A program made the translations under genes and the position numbers. Shown here one piece after another: positions 19,856-30,355 of a stretch of 33,110 nucleotides of DNA (the first letter of the stretch is position 1; each line of letters opens with the position of its first letter). This stretch comes from Halothece sp. MAG. GTDB taxonomy: Bacteria > Cyanobacteriota > Cyanobacteriia > Cyanobacteriales > Rubidibacteraceae. The notes beneath the pieces are model-generated. The model had not been told where the DNA came from. It saw only the letters and a list, made by a program, of their open reading frames with translations, and made no database searches. The stretch is from the NCBI GenBank assembly GCA_018610095.1, contig JAHEOB010000104.1, positions 1 to 33,110 of the forward strand. The letters are read 5' to 3'.

Positions 19856-21724
19856 ATGAGTAAAAACGATTCACAAGCAAACCTCAAAATTATTCCGCTC
19901 GGCGGGTTACATGAAATTGGCAAAAATACCTGCATCTTTGAATATCAAGATGAAATGATGTTACTCGATGCAGGACTCGGTTTTCCCAGCCAAGATATGC
20001 ATGGCATAAATATTGTCCTGCCAGACATGACCTATTTACGGGAAAATCAACATAAAATTAAGGGCATGATTGTCACCCATGGTCACGAAGATCATATTGG
20101 GGGCATTGTTTATCATCTCAAACAATTTGACATTCCGGTAATTTATGGGCCGCGTCTGGCCCTTGCCCTATTGCAAAATAAATTAGAAGAAGCAGGGATT
20201 GCGGATCGCACGGAACTGCGACCGGTTCTTCCCCGTGAAAGTGTAAAAATTGGTCGTTCTTTTTCGGTGGAGTTTATTCGCAATACTCACTCCATTGCAG
20301 ATAGTTGCTGTGTTGCCATTACCACACCGCTGGGGGTTGTTATCCATACCGGTGACTTTAAGGTGGATCATACCCCCATTGATGGGGAACACTTCGACTT
20401 CCATCGTCTCGCGGAATATGGCCAAAAAGGGGTCTTGTGTTTACTCAGTGACTCCACTAACGCGGAAGTACCGGGGCATACGCCCTCAGAACAAGCCGTA
20501 ACACCCAATCTGGATCGGGTGTTTTCCGAGGCAACAGGGCGATTATTAGTGACCACCTTTGCCTCTTCCGTGCATCGGGTGAGAATTATTCTGGAGTTAG
20601 CTCAAAAACACAATCGTCGTGTCGCGATCGTCGGGCGTTCCATGCTAAATGTCATCGCCCACGCCCGAGAGTTAGGGTATATTAAATGTCGGGACGATCT
20701 CTTTATTCCCCTGAAAGATTTAAATAAAACCCCTGATGATCAAGTCCTCATTCTAACCACTGGTTCCCAAGGCGAACCCTTAGCAGCCCTAACTCGTATT
20801 TCCAGAGGCGAACACCATCAAATTCAAGTGCGTGAAAATGATACGGTGGTCTTCTCCGCTAACCCCATTCCCGGCAATACGATTGCTGTGGTGAATACCA
20901 TTGACCGCTTAATGATGATGGGGGCGAAAGTGGTCTATGGTCGTCAGCAAGGAATTCATGTCTCTGGACACGGGTCTCAAGAGGATCACAAATTAATGCT
21001 GGCGTTAACCCAACCCAAATTCTTTGTCCCCTTTCACGGAGAACATCGGATGCTAGTGAAACATGGGGAAATGGCGCATCAAATGGGCATCCCCAAAGAA
21101 AATACCGTGATTATTAATAATGGGGATGTGGTGGAACTGTCTCAAGACAAGATTGAAGTCACTGATAAAGTTCAATCTGGCATTGAATTAGTAGATCACT
21201 CAGGGGTGGTTCACAACGACATTATGACGGAACGGCAACAATTAGCCGTTGATGGTCTGATTACAGTTGCCGTAGCTGTGGGATTAGATGGTCAAGTTTT
21301 AGCCCAACCTGAAGTGAATCTGCGCGGGGTGGTGAGTCCCCTTGAATCTGCCAAAATTAATCAGTTAATTCTACGTAGCGTGGAATATAGCATCAACAGT
21401 TATTGGCGTAATCTTGCTACCAATGCCAATGGCAAACCCATTCAAAAAGAGATTGATTGGAGTGCCTTAAAAGTGGAAATTGAAACCGGTTTACAACAAC
21501 TGGTTCGCCGAGAGTTGAAGAGTCAGCCCACCACGATCTGCCTATTACAAACTCCCCAAGATAAACAAGTCAAGATCAACCATCAGCAAGATGAGAGTGC
21601 TAAAAAGCCCTCTAAGCCTGTCACCAGTAATGAAAATGGGGATAAAGGAAAACCCAATTCTAAAAGTAATTTCCGTGGGCGTCGTCGCCGTCGTCGTTCC
21701 ACTGCGACGCTCAACTCTCAATAG
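19856..21724 (+). CDS. rnj: Ribonuclease J
   Basis: PLGGLHEIGKN, THGHEDHIG, SDSTNAE, HVSGHG, PFHGE (metallo-beta-lactamase/beta-CASP). Confidence 0.97.
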   Translation: MSKNDSQANLKIIPLGGLHEIGKNTCIFEYQDEMMLLDAGLGFPSQDMHGINIVLPDMTYLRENQHKIKGMIVTHGHEDHIGGIVYHLKQFDIPVIYGPRLALALLQNKLEEAGIADRTELRPVLPRESVKIGRSFSVEFIRNTHSIADSCCVAITTPLGVVIHTGDFKVDHTPIDGEHFDFHRLAEYGQKGVLCLLSDSTNAEVPGHTPSEQAVTPNLDRVFSEATGRLLVTTFASSVHRVRIILELAQKHNRRVAIVGRSMLNVIAHARELGYIKCRDDLFIPLKDLNKTPDDQVLILTTGSQGEPLAALTRISRGEHHQIQVRENDTVVFSANPIPGNTIAVVNTIDRLMMMGAKVVYGRQQGIHVSGHGSQEDHKLMLALTQPKFFVPFHGEHRMLVKHGEMAHQMGIPKENTVIINNGDVVELSQDKIEVTDKVQSGIELVDHSGVVHNDIMTERQQLAVDGLITVAVAVGLDGQVLAQPEVNLRGVVSPLESAKINQLILRSVEYSINSYWRNLATNANGKPIQKEIDWSALKVEIETGLQQLVRRELKSQPTTICLLQTPQDKQVKINHQQDESAKKPSKPVTSNENGDKGKPNSKSNFRGRRRRRRSTATLNSQ

Positions 21725-21750
21725 ATTCCGAACGGAGGGGTTTCAACTTT

Positions 21751-23556
21751 TCAGGAAGGTAACGATACCCCAGTGCCAGCATTGTCATTGAAGTACCCTC
21801 CCGAAGGTACAGAACCAGAAAAGACTAATCCGCGCTGGGCATCTAGGGTTAAAATTGCCCCTTCCCGAATGGTTTGGGTTGCCCCTTCAAACCCAACAAT
21901 CACTGGAATGCCTAAGCGTAGCCCAATAATAGCAGCGTGACTGGTTAAACTCCCTTCTTCGGTAATAATGCCAGTGGCTTTGCGAATGGCATCCACATAA
22001 TCGGCATCCGTCGCAGGAACCACTAAAATTTCGCCAGGACGGAAATTGGTAACATCTCTTGCGGTTTTGGCAATGCGGGCGCGGCCACTTACGGTTCCAT
22101 AACCGACACCGACACCGCGACCTAAAACCGCTGTTACCATTTCTACCTTGATTAAGTCTGTGGAACCTGCCACTCCCTGCAACGTTCCCGCTGTCATTAC
22201 CACTAAATCTCCTTCTGAGAGTAAAGCCTTTTCTTGGGCAACATTCAAGGCTGCCTTAAAGGTTTGTCCTGCTGAGGGTAAATCTAAGACTAATAAGGGA
22301 TTGACCCCCCAGACAAGTTGTAATTGACGGGCAACGTCCACATGAGGAGTTACGGCTAAAATTGGGGTTTGTGGCCGGAATTTTGAGACATTTCTAGCAG
22401 TTGCCCCGGTTTTGGTTAAGGTCATAATGGCAGAAGCGTCTAATTGACGGGAAATCTGGCTCACGGCACTAGAAATGGCATTGGGAATGGTACTGGTAGT
22501 GTCCACAACTTCCGAAGGTTTGGGTTCTTCTTTTTCAACACGGGTGGCAATTTTTGCCATGGTGGTAACCGCTTCCACAGGATATGTTCCCACTGCGGTT
22601 TCATTGGATAGCATTACCGCATCCGTTCCATCTAAGATGGCATTGGCAACATCAGAAACTTCGGCACGGGTGGGACGGGGAAAATTAACCATACTGTCCA
22701 ACATTTGCGTGGCAGTAATCACAGGAATCCCTAAACGGTTGGCGGTAATAATTAACTGCTTTTGTAAAATGGGAACATCCTCGGCTGGCAATTCCACGCC
22801 TAAATCCCCTCGTGCCACCATTACCCCATCACATAGGGATAAAATGGACTCCATCTGTTCAATGGCTTCGTGTTTTTCAATTTTGGCAATGACAGGAACG
22901 GATTTCCCGGCACTGGAAATTAATTCTTTAATCTCTAAAATATCTTGGGGATTACGAACAAAACTTAACGCCACCCAATCGACCCCTTGATCTAACCCAA
23001 ACATGAGATCACGGCGATCTTTATCAGTCAACGCTTTAACTGACAGATAAACCCCAGGAAAATTCACCCCTTTATGATCCGATAGCACGCCGCCTGCTGT
23101 CACACGACCATGGACTTCCTGTTTTTCGGGATAAACCTCTTCTACCTGCATTTCCACCCGACCATCATCTAATAAAACCGTTGCCCCAGGCGGAACTTCT
23201 TCCGCTAATAAGTCATAACTGACATAACTTTTTTCCTGCGTTCCCGTAATGGGATAACTAGTGAGAATAAAGGGATCACCTTTGGCTAGTGTAATTGAAC
23301 CGTTTTCAAATTCCCCTAAGCGAATTTTGGGCCCTTGTAAGTCTTGTAAAATGCCCACTGGTTGATTGAGTTCAAATGCGGTTTGGCGAATGAGGCGAAT
23401 ACTACGCTGATGATCCTCATGACTGCCATGAGAAAAATTGAGTCGTAGCGTGGTTGCCCCTGCTTTGATTAAATCACGTAATACAGGTTGTTTCAGCGTT
23501 GCGGGACCGACCGTGGCAACAATTTTTGTTCGACGGGATGAATTTCGCGATTCCAT
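21751..23556 (-). CDS. pyk: Pyruvate kinase with C-terminal PEP-utilising swivel domain
   Basis: RTKIVATVGP, RLNFSHG, MVARGDLGVE, TRAEVSDVANA; C-terminal GSLTSHAAI domain. Confidence 0.97.
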   Translation of the reverse strand: MESRNSSRRTKIVATVGPATLKQPVLRDLIKAGATTLRLNFSHGSHEDHQRSIRLIRQTAFELNQPVGILQDLQGPKIRLGEFENGSITLAKGDPFILTSYPITGTQEKSYVSYDLLAEEVPPGATVLLDDGRVEMQVEEVYPEKQEVHGRVTAGGVLSDHKGVNFPGVYLSVKALTDKDRRDLMFGLDQGVDWVALSFVRNPQDILEIKELISSAGKSVPVIAKIEKHEAIEQMESILSLCDGVMVARGDLGVELPAEDVPILQKQLIITANRLGIPVITATQMLDSMVNFPRPTRAEVSDVANAILDGTDAVMLSNETAVGTYPVEAVTTMAKIATRVEKEEPKPSEVVDTTSTIPNAISSAVSQISRQLDASAIMTLTKTGATARNVSKFRPQTPILAVTPHVDVARQLQLVWGVNPLLVLDLPSAGQTFKAALNVAQEKALLSEGDLVVMTAGTLQGVAGSTDLIKVEMVTAVLGRGVGVGYGTVSGRARIAKTARDVTNFRPGEILVVPATDADYVDAIRKATGIITEEGSLTSHAAIIGLRLGIPVIVGFEGATQTIREGAILTLDAQRGLVFSGSVPSGGYFNDNAGTGVSLPS

Positions 23557-23621
23557 ATACGTCCTTAACCAGCAAAACCAAAATCGAGCAAAATCCGATT
23601 ATCTCAAAGGGCATTCTAGCA

Positions 23622-23651
23622 AGAAAAAAGGGGAGACATAACGCTCCCCTT
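23622..23651 (-). terminator. Intrinsic terminator of gcvH-gcvP
   Basis: Minus strand AAGGGGAG-cgttatgt-CTCCCCTT-TTTTCT. Confidence 0.8.
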
Positions 23652-23675
23652 AAATAAACGAATCCTTAATTGAGA

Positions 23676-26609
23676 TTATTCATCCATATAGGCTTCCATG
23701 CCCACACAGGAACAGACTAAATTACGATCGCCGTAGGCATTATCAACACGCCCCACTGCTGGCCAGAATTTGTAATCTCGTATCCAATCGGTGGGATAGG
23801 CGGCTTGTTCACGAGAATAAGGATGAGACCAGTCATCGGCAATTAACATGGGGTGAGTATGCGGGGCATTTTTGAGAACATTATCTTCGGGATCAGCTTC
23901 CCCAGTTTCCACTGCTGTAATCTCTTGACGAATGGTAATCATGGCCTCACAGAAACGATCTAATTCCTCTTGGGATTCACTTTCTGTGGGTTCAATCATC
24001 ATGGTGCCTGCTACCGGCCAGGATACGGTTGGGGCGTGGAAACCAAAGTCCATTAAACGCTTGGCAATGTCATCCACGGTAATCCCTGCTGCTTTCTTCA
24101 GGGGTCTGAGATCCACAATGCACTCGTGGGCAATTAACCCAGTATCCCCTTTATATAAGACGGGATAATGGTCATCCAAACGGCGAGCAATATAGTTGGC
24201 GTTGAGAATCGCAATTTTACTGGCATGAGTAAGCCCTTTGGGCCCCATCATGGCAATAAACATCCACGAAATGGGGAGAATACTGGGACTTCCCCAAGGG
24301 GCAGCCGCGATCGCGCCAATCGCTTGTTCGCCACCGGTTTCAATCACCGGGTGAGCTGGCAGAAACGGGGCTAAATGATCTTTAACCCCAATGGGACCCA
24401 TGCCGGGACCACCGCCACCGTGAGGGATACAGAAGGTTTTGTGTAGATTCAGGTGACAGACATCTGCCCCATAATCGGCGGGACGACACAAGCCCATTTG
24501 GGCGTTCATGTTCGCCCCATCCAGATAAACTTGACCGCCATTTTCGTGAATAATGTCGCAGATGGTTTGAATCTCAGTTTCAAATACCCCGTGGGTGGAG
24601 GGATAGGTCACCATCAACGCGGCTAAGTTGTCACGATGTTTTTCCGCTTTAGTGCGTAAGTCATCAAGGTCAATATCTCCCCGTTCGTTGCAACGAATGG
24701 GCACCACTTTCATGCCACACATGACGGCACTGGCAGGGTTGGTGCCGTGGGCAGATTCAGGAATGAGACAAATATGACGATGGCCTTCCCCTTGGGTTTC
24801 ATGATACTCACGAATCACCAACAATCCAGTATATTCCCCTTGTGCCCCTGCATTGGGTTGCAACGAAATCTCAGCAAAGCCTGTAATTTCTGCTAACCAG
24901 TTTTCTAGCTGTTCAAAGATTTGCTGATACCCTGGGGTTTGCCATGTTGGAGCAAAGGGATGAATTTTGCCAAATTCTGGCCAAGTTACAGGCAACATCT
25001 CGGCTGCTGCATTGAGTTTCATGGTACAAGACCCCAACGGAATCATGGAAGTGGTTAGGGATAAGTCTTTACTTTGCAGATGATTCAAATAACGCAGCAG
25101 CTTGGTTTCGGAATGGTATTGGTTAAAGACTTTTTCTGTGAGATAGTGACTGCTTCGATTAAACGGTTCTGGAAATTCAAACGTAAGTTCTGGCACCAGT
25201 TCTTCTAAACGGAAGGGAAGGGTTTCCTGCCCTGCAAATATCTGTAACAGGGTCGTCACTTCTTCCACAGTACTGGTTTCATCTAGGCTAATGCCCACTG
25301 CACCATCGGCATAGCTACGCAAATTAATTTGTTGTTGTTCTGCTGCTTGCAGAATGGCTTGCTGTTGCCGTGGGGCATTGTTGGTTTCCACCTTTAAGGT
25401 GTCAAAATAAGGTTCACTACTAATTTCGTAGCCAATCCGTTTTAAGCCCTCTGCTAAGGTGACTGTGAGACGATGGACTTTTTCGGCAATGCGCTTAATG
25501 CCATCAGGTCCATGATACACCGCATACATGGAGGCAATCACGGCAAGTAACACTTGGGCGGTGCAAATATTACTGGTAGCGCGATCGCGCCGAATGTGCT
25601 GCTCTCGTGTCTGTAACGCGAGGCGGAGCGCCGGCTGACCTTGACTATCTTTAGAAACGCCTACCAGTCGCCCAGGAATTTGCCGTTTATATTGTTCTTT
25701 AGTGGCAAAATAGGCGGCATGGGGACCACCGTACCCTAACGGTACCCCAAACCGTTGGGTACTGCCCACAGCGATATCAGCCCCCCATTCCCCAGGTGGG
25801 GTTAATAGGGCAAGACTGAGTAAATCAGCGGCTACAGTCACTAACGCTTTTTGTTCATGGGCTTTTTCCACAAACTCGCGATAATCGTAAATTTTGCCTT
25901 CGGTGGTGGGATATTGCAATAGGGCGCCCACAATGGGGGTACTAAAGTCAAATTCGCGATGATCTCCCACAATCACGTTTAATCCCAGCGGTTTTGCCCG
26001 CGTTTTTAATAATTCAATGGTTTGGGGATGGCAATCTTGAGAGACAAAAAAGGCATTAGCCTTATTTTTGGAAACCCCCAGACTCATACTCATTGCCTCT
26101 GCTGCTGCAGTGGCTTCATCCAGCAACGAGGCATTGGCAATTTCCAATCCAGTTAAATCAGTGACCATGGTTTGGAAGTTAAGGAGTGCTTCCAAACGGC
26201 CTTGGGCAATTTCTGCTTGATAGGCAGTGTAAGAGGTGTACCAACCAGGATTTTCGAGGATGTTCCGTTGAATGGCCGGTGGGGTGATACAGTCATAATA
26301 TCCCATTCCGATCAAAGAACGGAAGACCTGATTTTGTGACGCGATCGCGCGTAGTTGTTCTAGGGCTTGATATTCACTTTTTGCTTCGGGAAGATTTAAG
26401 GGGCGTTGTAAGCGAATGGAATTGGGAACAGCATCATCAATGAGGGCATCGAGAGAGGGGTATCCCAATGCCTTCAGCATCTGTTCAATTTCGTCAGGGG
26501 TGGGATCAACGTGACGATTGACAAATTGATCCTCTAACCCCAATATTTCTTCGACCGGGGAACTAGGATTCCCTGTTGTTTGTTCAGTTTTGGAATTTAA
26601 GTTAACCAT
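23676..26609 (-). CDS. gcvP: Glycine dehydrogenase (glycine cleavage P protein)
   Basis: [32 protein letters not shown] site [18 protein letters not shown]. Confidence 0.98.
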   Translation of the reverse strand: MVNLNSKTEQTTGNPSSPVEEILGLEDQFVNRHVDPTPDEIEQMLKALGYPSLDALIDDAVPNSIRLQRPLNLPEAKSEYQALEQLRAIASQNQVFRSLIGMGYYDCITPPAIQRNILENPGWYTSYTAYQAEIAQGRLEALLNFQTMVTDLTGLEIANASLLDEATAAAEAMSMSLGVSKNKANAFFVSQDCHPQTIELLKTRAKPLGLNVIVGDHREFDFSTPIVGALLQYPTTEGKIYDYREFVEKAHEQKALVTVAADLLSLALLTPPGEWGADIAVGSTQRFGVPLGYGGPHAAYFATKEQYKRQIPGRLVGVSKDSQGQPALRLALQTREQHIRRDRATSNICTAQVLLAVIASMYAVYHGPDGIKRIAEKVHRLTVTLAEGLKRIGYEISSEPYFDTLKVETNNAPRQQQAILQAAEQQQINLRSYADGAVGISLDETSTVEEVTTLLQIFAGQETLPFRLEELVPELTFEFPEPFNRSSHYLTEKVFNQYHSETKLLRYLNHLQSKDLSLTTSMIPLGSCTMKLNAAAEMLPVTWPEFGKIHPFAPTWQTPGYQQIFEQLENWLAEITGFAEISLQPNAGAQGEYTGLLVIREYHETQGEGHRHICLIPESAHGTNPASAVMCGMKVVPIRCNERGDIDLDDLRTKAEKHRDNLAALMVTYPSTHGVFETEIQTICDIIHENGGQVYLDGANMNAQMGLCRPADYGADVCHLNLHKTFCIPHGGGGPGMGPIGVKDHLAPFLPAHPVIETGGEQAIGAIAAAPWGSPSILPISWMFIAMMGPKGLTHASKIAILNANYIARRLDDHYPVLYKGDTGLIAHECIVDLRPLKKAAGITVDDIAKRLMDFGFHAPTVSWPVAGTMMIEPTESESQEELDRFCEAMITIRQEITAVETGEADPEDNVLKNAPHTHPMLIADDWSHPYSREQAAYPTDWIRDYKFWPAVGRVDNAYGDRNLVCSCVGMEAYMDE

Positions 26610-26710
26610 AAAATAATGGAGAGAAGTGTACTACACAAAAGAATGGCGTTCTCTTGTATTAATTTGTAACAAATTTGGTGATCAGGACTAAGTTTGCTCC
26701 TTCACCTTTA

Positions 26711-27100
26711 TTATTGTCCTTCGACTTTAGCCCGATATTCATCTGCCGAAAGGGCATCATTTACTTCCTCGGGGTTACTCAGTTCAACTTTTAATAACCA
26801 TCCTTTGCCATAAGGATCTTCGGCAATGGTTTCTGGGGCATCGACAACAGCGCTATTTTGTTCAATGACTTTTCCTGAAACTGGGGAATACATATCTTCC
26901 ACTGCTTTAACCGATTCCACCGTACCGAAGGTTTCGCCTTTCTCTAGGGTTTCATCTACATCAGGCAGTTCCACAAACACAATATCTCCCAATTGATCCA
27001 CGGCAAAGGCACTAATGCCAATGGTTGCGGTGTCGCCTTCAACCCGCACATATTCGTGAGAATCAAGATATTTCAGATCAGTTGGATAGTCTAGAGCCAT
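26711..27100 (-). CDS. gcvH: Glycine cleavage H protein
   Basis: [16 protein letters not shown], lipoyl-lysine motif VESVKAV, DPYGKGW. Confidence 0.98.
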   Translation of the reverse strand: MALDYPTDLKYLDSHEYVRVEGDTATIGISAFAVDQLGDIVFVELPDVDETLEKGETFGTVESVKAVEDMYSPVSGKVIEQNSAVVDAPETIAEDPYGKGWLLKVELSNPEEVNDALSADEYRAKVEGQ

Positions 27101-27200
27101 GTCATCTCCTTAATGATTACTATGATTACATTGGGGAATTTTTATCCCCCACCCTGCTTAGTTTACAACGTCTTTGCAGAGGAACTGAAATTTTTTATAA

Positions 27201-29105
27201 TTAGAAGTCTTCTCCCATTACAATTAAACGATCATTTTCCGCAAACTGAATGGGAGTTGATTTAACAGGATTAATCACAATACCATAGCTTTGAAACTGT
27301 TGAGTAGCCATACTGGAACAACGATACCCAAGGGCAATTTCTCCTTTTGTCTGAGCAGCTTTCATCAGGGTATAAAAGGATAAGGGTTGATGGAGTTGAA
27401 CATAATTAGAAATGGGTTTCAAATAAATTTCACACCCATTGGGTTCTAATAATTTATTAATGACATCACTACATAAAGGATTTTCGGCAATTTGGGAAAT
27501 CATTAAACTGGTGAGGCGATCGCTGACGATAAAGTCATCCACTTGCGCGATCGTGGCTAACTGTTGGTTCCGACTATCTATCATTTCACTAGTGATGGAA
27601 AAGTGATACCCTTGTTCTTTGGCGATTTGTCGTAAATGCAGTAGTGACGTGAGGGTAATGCCATCGGCTTCTTCGGCATCTAATTCATCGGAATAGGCAA
27701 GAAGAATAATGTGATCAATAACTTGTAGCGGGAGTTGATTCAATAGTTGACGATCGGTAATATCGCCTTGTTGAAATAAGACACTGAGATGTTGCAACTT
27801 TCGTAAGTTGGGACTGGCATTTTGCGCGATCGCGCTATCATCTGTAATGACGGTTGCCACTGATCCTAAACAAACATAGGCATCCAGCTTTTCAATAATG
27901 GTTTCTGCTTGTTCATTCCATCCTAAAATTAAGAATTTTTCCGGTTGTTTCTCGGCAACTTGGTGACTCAATGACGGCTGTTGTTGCTGCTGTGAAAATT
28001 GAATCCGCTCTCGATTTTGCCATAATTGAATATCGCGGAAACTTTCTGCAATGACGATCAGATCATCCCCTTCCTTTAAAACCGTATCGGGGGAAGGTTT
28101 TAAACAAGGATCACCTTCTTGAGGGCAATAACCAATGACAACTGCATTAGCATAAGCAAAAACACTTTCTGCAAAGGTTATCCCAGCAAGATTCGTAACC
28201 GGATGAAAATGAATTTCATTACCTGCAAAAGAGAGTAACTCTAAATACACTCTCGATAATCCCGGTTGACGACAAATCTGAGCAATAATTCGGGCGATAA
28301 AATCCCCAGTTAAGACAAATTCAACGCGATCTTTGCCAACCGTTTCTGCAATTTGTAAATTTTTAGGATTTTGAATTTCGGTAACAATCCGATAGGGTTC
28401 AACGCGACGTTCGGGATTATTGGATAGGGCTAATAAGGTTTTAATGACACTGGTATCAGGATTATCAATCTCTTCTGGCGGTAAAATAATAATTGATTTG
28501 GCGCGATCTAAATTCGTTATTTTGAGATCAATTAAATCAGTCGCAACTCCTTGACGACAAATGACTCGTAAGCGTCGATTTTTTTTGATACGAGTCCGAA
28601 TTTCTTCCTCCATTTCTACTTTATCCTTATCACCGAGAATTACGACAGTGACAGGAATACGCTCATCATCAATTAGGAGTAGTTCCGAAAGAATTGGAAA
28701 AATTTGACTTGACCAACCTAAAATAACAATATGATCTGATTCTAGAACTTGTGAACGTCCCCGCCGAAGTTGATAAAGTTTACTTTCAATTCCTGTAACA
28801 ATAACCCCAATAATAATACTAACGGTAAATAAATTAAATAAAATTAAAATTAGCATACTAAAACGGGTTGGCCAAGGTAATCCTTGTGTGGGATCCCAAG
28901 AAATTAACGTGGTAATTAAAAAAGACCAAATTTGATCGGCAAGGGTCGGCTGTGACGCATAGCCAGTTTTCCAAGTAACAAATGATACCGTTAAAATAAC
29001 AATTGCTCCAATAATAATTAGCCACCCTAAAAGAGCAATTGAGCCTCTGGATAGTAAGTTATCAAAGGCATATCTTAAGCGTTCGCGCCAAGGAGGGTTA
29101 TTCAT
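27201..29105 (-). CDS. CASTOR/POLLUX (DMI1)-like putative cation channel: 2 TM, pore region and two RCK domains
   Basis: RLRYAFDNLLSRG, two TM helices, LRRGRSQVLESDHIVILGWS, second RCK start FLILGWN, DGITLTSLLHLRQI, GCEIYLKP, INP.K. Confidence 0.82.
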   Translation of the reverse strand: MNNPPWRERLRYAFDNLLSRGSIALLGWLIIIGAIVILTVSFVTWKTGYASQPTLADQIWSFLITTLISWDPTQGLPWPTRFSMLILILFNLFTVSIIIGVIVTGIESKLYQLRRGRSQVLESDHIVILGWSSQIFPILSELLLIDDERIPVTVVILGDKDKVEMEEEIRTRIKKNRRLRVICRQGVATDLIDLKITNLDRAKSIIILPPEEIDNPDTSVIKTLLALSNNPERRVEPYRIVTEIQNPKNLQIAETVGKDRVEFVLTGDFIARIIAQICRQPGLSRVYLELLSFAGNEIHFHPVTNLAGITFAESVFAYANAVVIGYCPQEGDPCLKPSPDTVLKEGDDLIVIAESFRDIQLWQNRERIQFSQQQQQPSLSHQVAEKQPEKFLILGWNEQAETIIEKLDAYVCLGSVATVITDDSAIAQNASPNLRKLQHLSVLFQQGDITDRQLLNQLPLQVIDHIILLAYSDELDAEEADGITLTSLLHLRQIAKEQGYHFSITSEMIDSRNQQLATIAQVDDFIVSDRLTSLMISQIAENPLCSDVINKLLEPNGCEIYLKPISNYVQLHQPLSFYTLMKAAQTKGEIALGYRCSSMATQQFQSYGIVINPVKSTPIQFAENDRLIVMGEDF

Positions 29106-29442
29106 TATGATCTTTCTAGCATCAGTTGTCTATTCATGAGAGATTTACCAAGCGTTAATTCAATGATAAAATATTAATTTGAAACAGGGTTTATGTTGGA
29201 TTTAAACTAAATGCTCATAGCATAATTTTTTTTCAACAAGGTAACCTATAATAACCTAGAAAAACTTATGCTGTACAATAAGACGATATGGAAGCCATAA
29301 AAATATTTGACTGTCGTCAGCGATCGCGCTTTAATGGCAACCATGGCGTTGCGTGTTAATCAAGGCGACAATTTCCAGTGATGATGGTAACGCAGTAGCC
29401 AACCTGTCTGAAAAGTGAGAGTGCAATTCAGAGGGGTTATAC

Positions 29443-29946
29443 TTGATGTCTATTCCTCATGATGAAATCCCCATTACAGTTAGTTGTGCTGTAATGACGA
29501 TTAGTGATACTCGTACAGAAGATAGCGATCGCAGCGGTCAATTAATCCAAACCAGATTACAAGAAAAGGGTCACGTAATCAAAGACTATTTAATTCTCCA
29601 AGATGATCCGCAAGCAATTATTCAACAAGTTTCTAATTGGGCGCAATTATCGGATTTAGATGTCATTATCAGCAATGGGGGAACGGGCATTGCACCGCGA
29701 GATACCACATATGATGCACTAAGCTCAATTTTAGAAAAAACCTTACCGGGATTTGGAGAATTATTTCGTTATTTAAGTTATCAAGAAATTGGTTCTCGCG
29801 CGATCGCGTCACGGGCAATTGCAGGGATTTATCAAAATACTTTAATCTTTTCTCTACCCGGTTCTAGTAATGCCGTTCGGTTAGGGGTAGAACAATTAAT
29901 TTTACCGGAATTGTCTCATCTAGTGAGTCAACTGCGAGGGCATTAA
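29443..29946 (+). CDS. moaB: Molybdenum cofactor biosynthesis protein, MoaB/MogA family
   Basis: TISDTR, DRSG, NGGTGIAPRDTT, LPGFGELFR, SRAIAG, SLPGS. Start is TTG 29443 or ATG 29446. Confidence 0.92.
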   Translation: MMSIPHDEIPITVSCAVMTISDTRTEDSDRSGQLIQTRLQEKGHVIKDYLILQDDPQAIIQQVSNWAQLSDLDVIISNGGTGIAPRDTTYDALSSILEKTLPGFGELFRYLSYQEIGSRAIASRAIAGIYQNTLIFSLPGSSNAVRLGVEQLILPELSHLVSQLRGH

Positions 29947-30353
29947 GATTGGGGGGAGACATGGCAACCAATAGGATAGGGAGAATAATAAGTGGTGTCT
30001 CGTTTTCCAAACCATTGATAACGGTTGTCGCGGATTTGTTGGTAAGCGCGATCGCCTAACCATTTCAAACCAGGTAACTTGCGATACAATTCCACTAAAC
30101 TATCAGCTACTGGCAATTGTCGGGCAATTTCTTCCGCTGCATCACTCCCTTGCCAACGATGGTTTAGATTTTCGGTATCAATTAAAATCATGCCCCATTG
30201 GCAGTCTTGTTCGGTAATGCCAAATTGATTTAAAGTTGCTTGATCTTGCATGGGAATATAATCAAATTGGTTCCCCTGATCTAGGTTTTCCATTTGCTGA
30301 ACTAGGGAAACGCAAAGATTACAGTTGCCATCGTAAATGACGTGATATTGCAT
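29943..30353 (-). CDS. DCC-family (DUF393) thiol-disulfide oxidoreductase
   Basis: N-terminal YDGNCNLC (DxxCxxC) and C-terminal YQQIRDNRYQWFG. Confidence 0.9.
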   Translation of the reverse strand: MQYHVIYDGNCNLCVSLVQQMENLDQGNQFDYIPMQDQATLNQFGITEQDCQWGMILIDTENLNHRWQGSDAAEEIARQLPVADSLVELYRKLPGLKWLGDRAYQQIRDNRYQWFGKRDTTYYSPYPIGCHVSPQS

Positions 30354-30355
30354 TA

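Noticed and set aside
21751-22130. Extra C-terminal phospho-His swivel domain on pyruvate kinase
   Set aside because: A known architecture in cyanobacteria and Bacillota; not novel.
26610-27200. Glycine riboswitch or NtcA site at gcvH/gcvP; absence of gcvT
   Set aside because: No glycine aptamer motifs found. GTA-N8-TAA at about 26656 is an imperfect match in AT-rich DNA. Dispersed gcv genes are normal in cyanobacteria.
29106-29442. c-di-AMP (ydaO) riboswitch ahead of the channel; tiny ORFs (MEAIKIF..., MATMALR...)
   Set aside because: The conserved ydaO blocks (GCTGAATCC, GGAGGAACC, CAGCTAAC) are not present; the ORFs are under 25 aa and unsupported.
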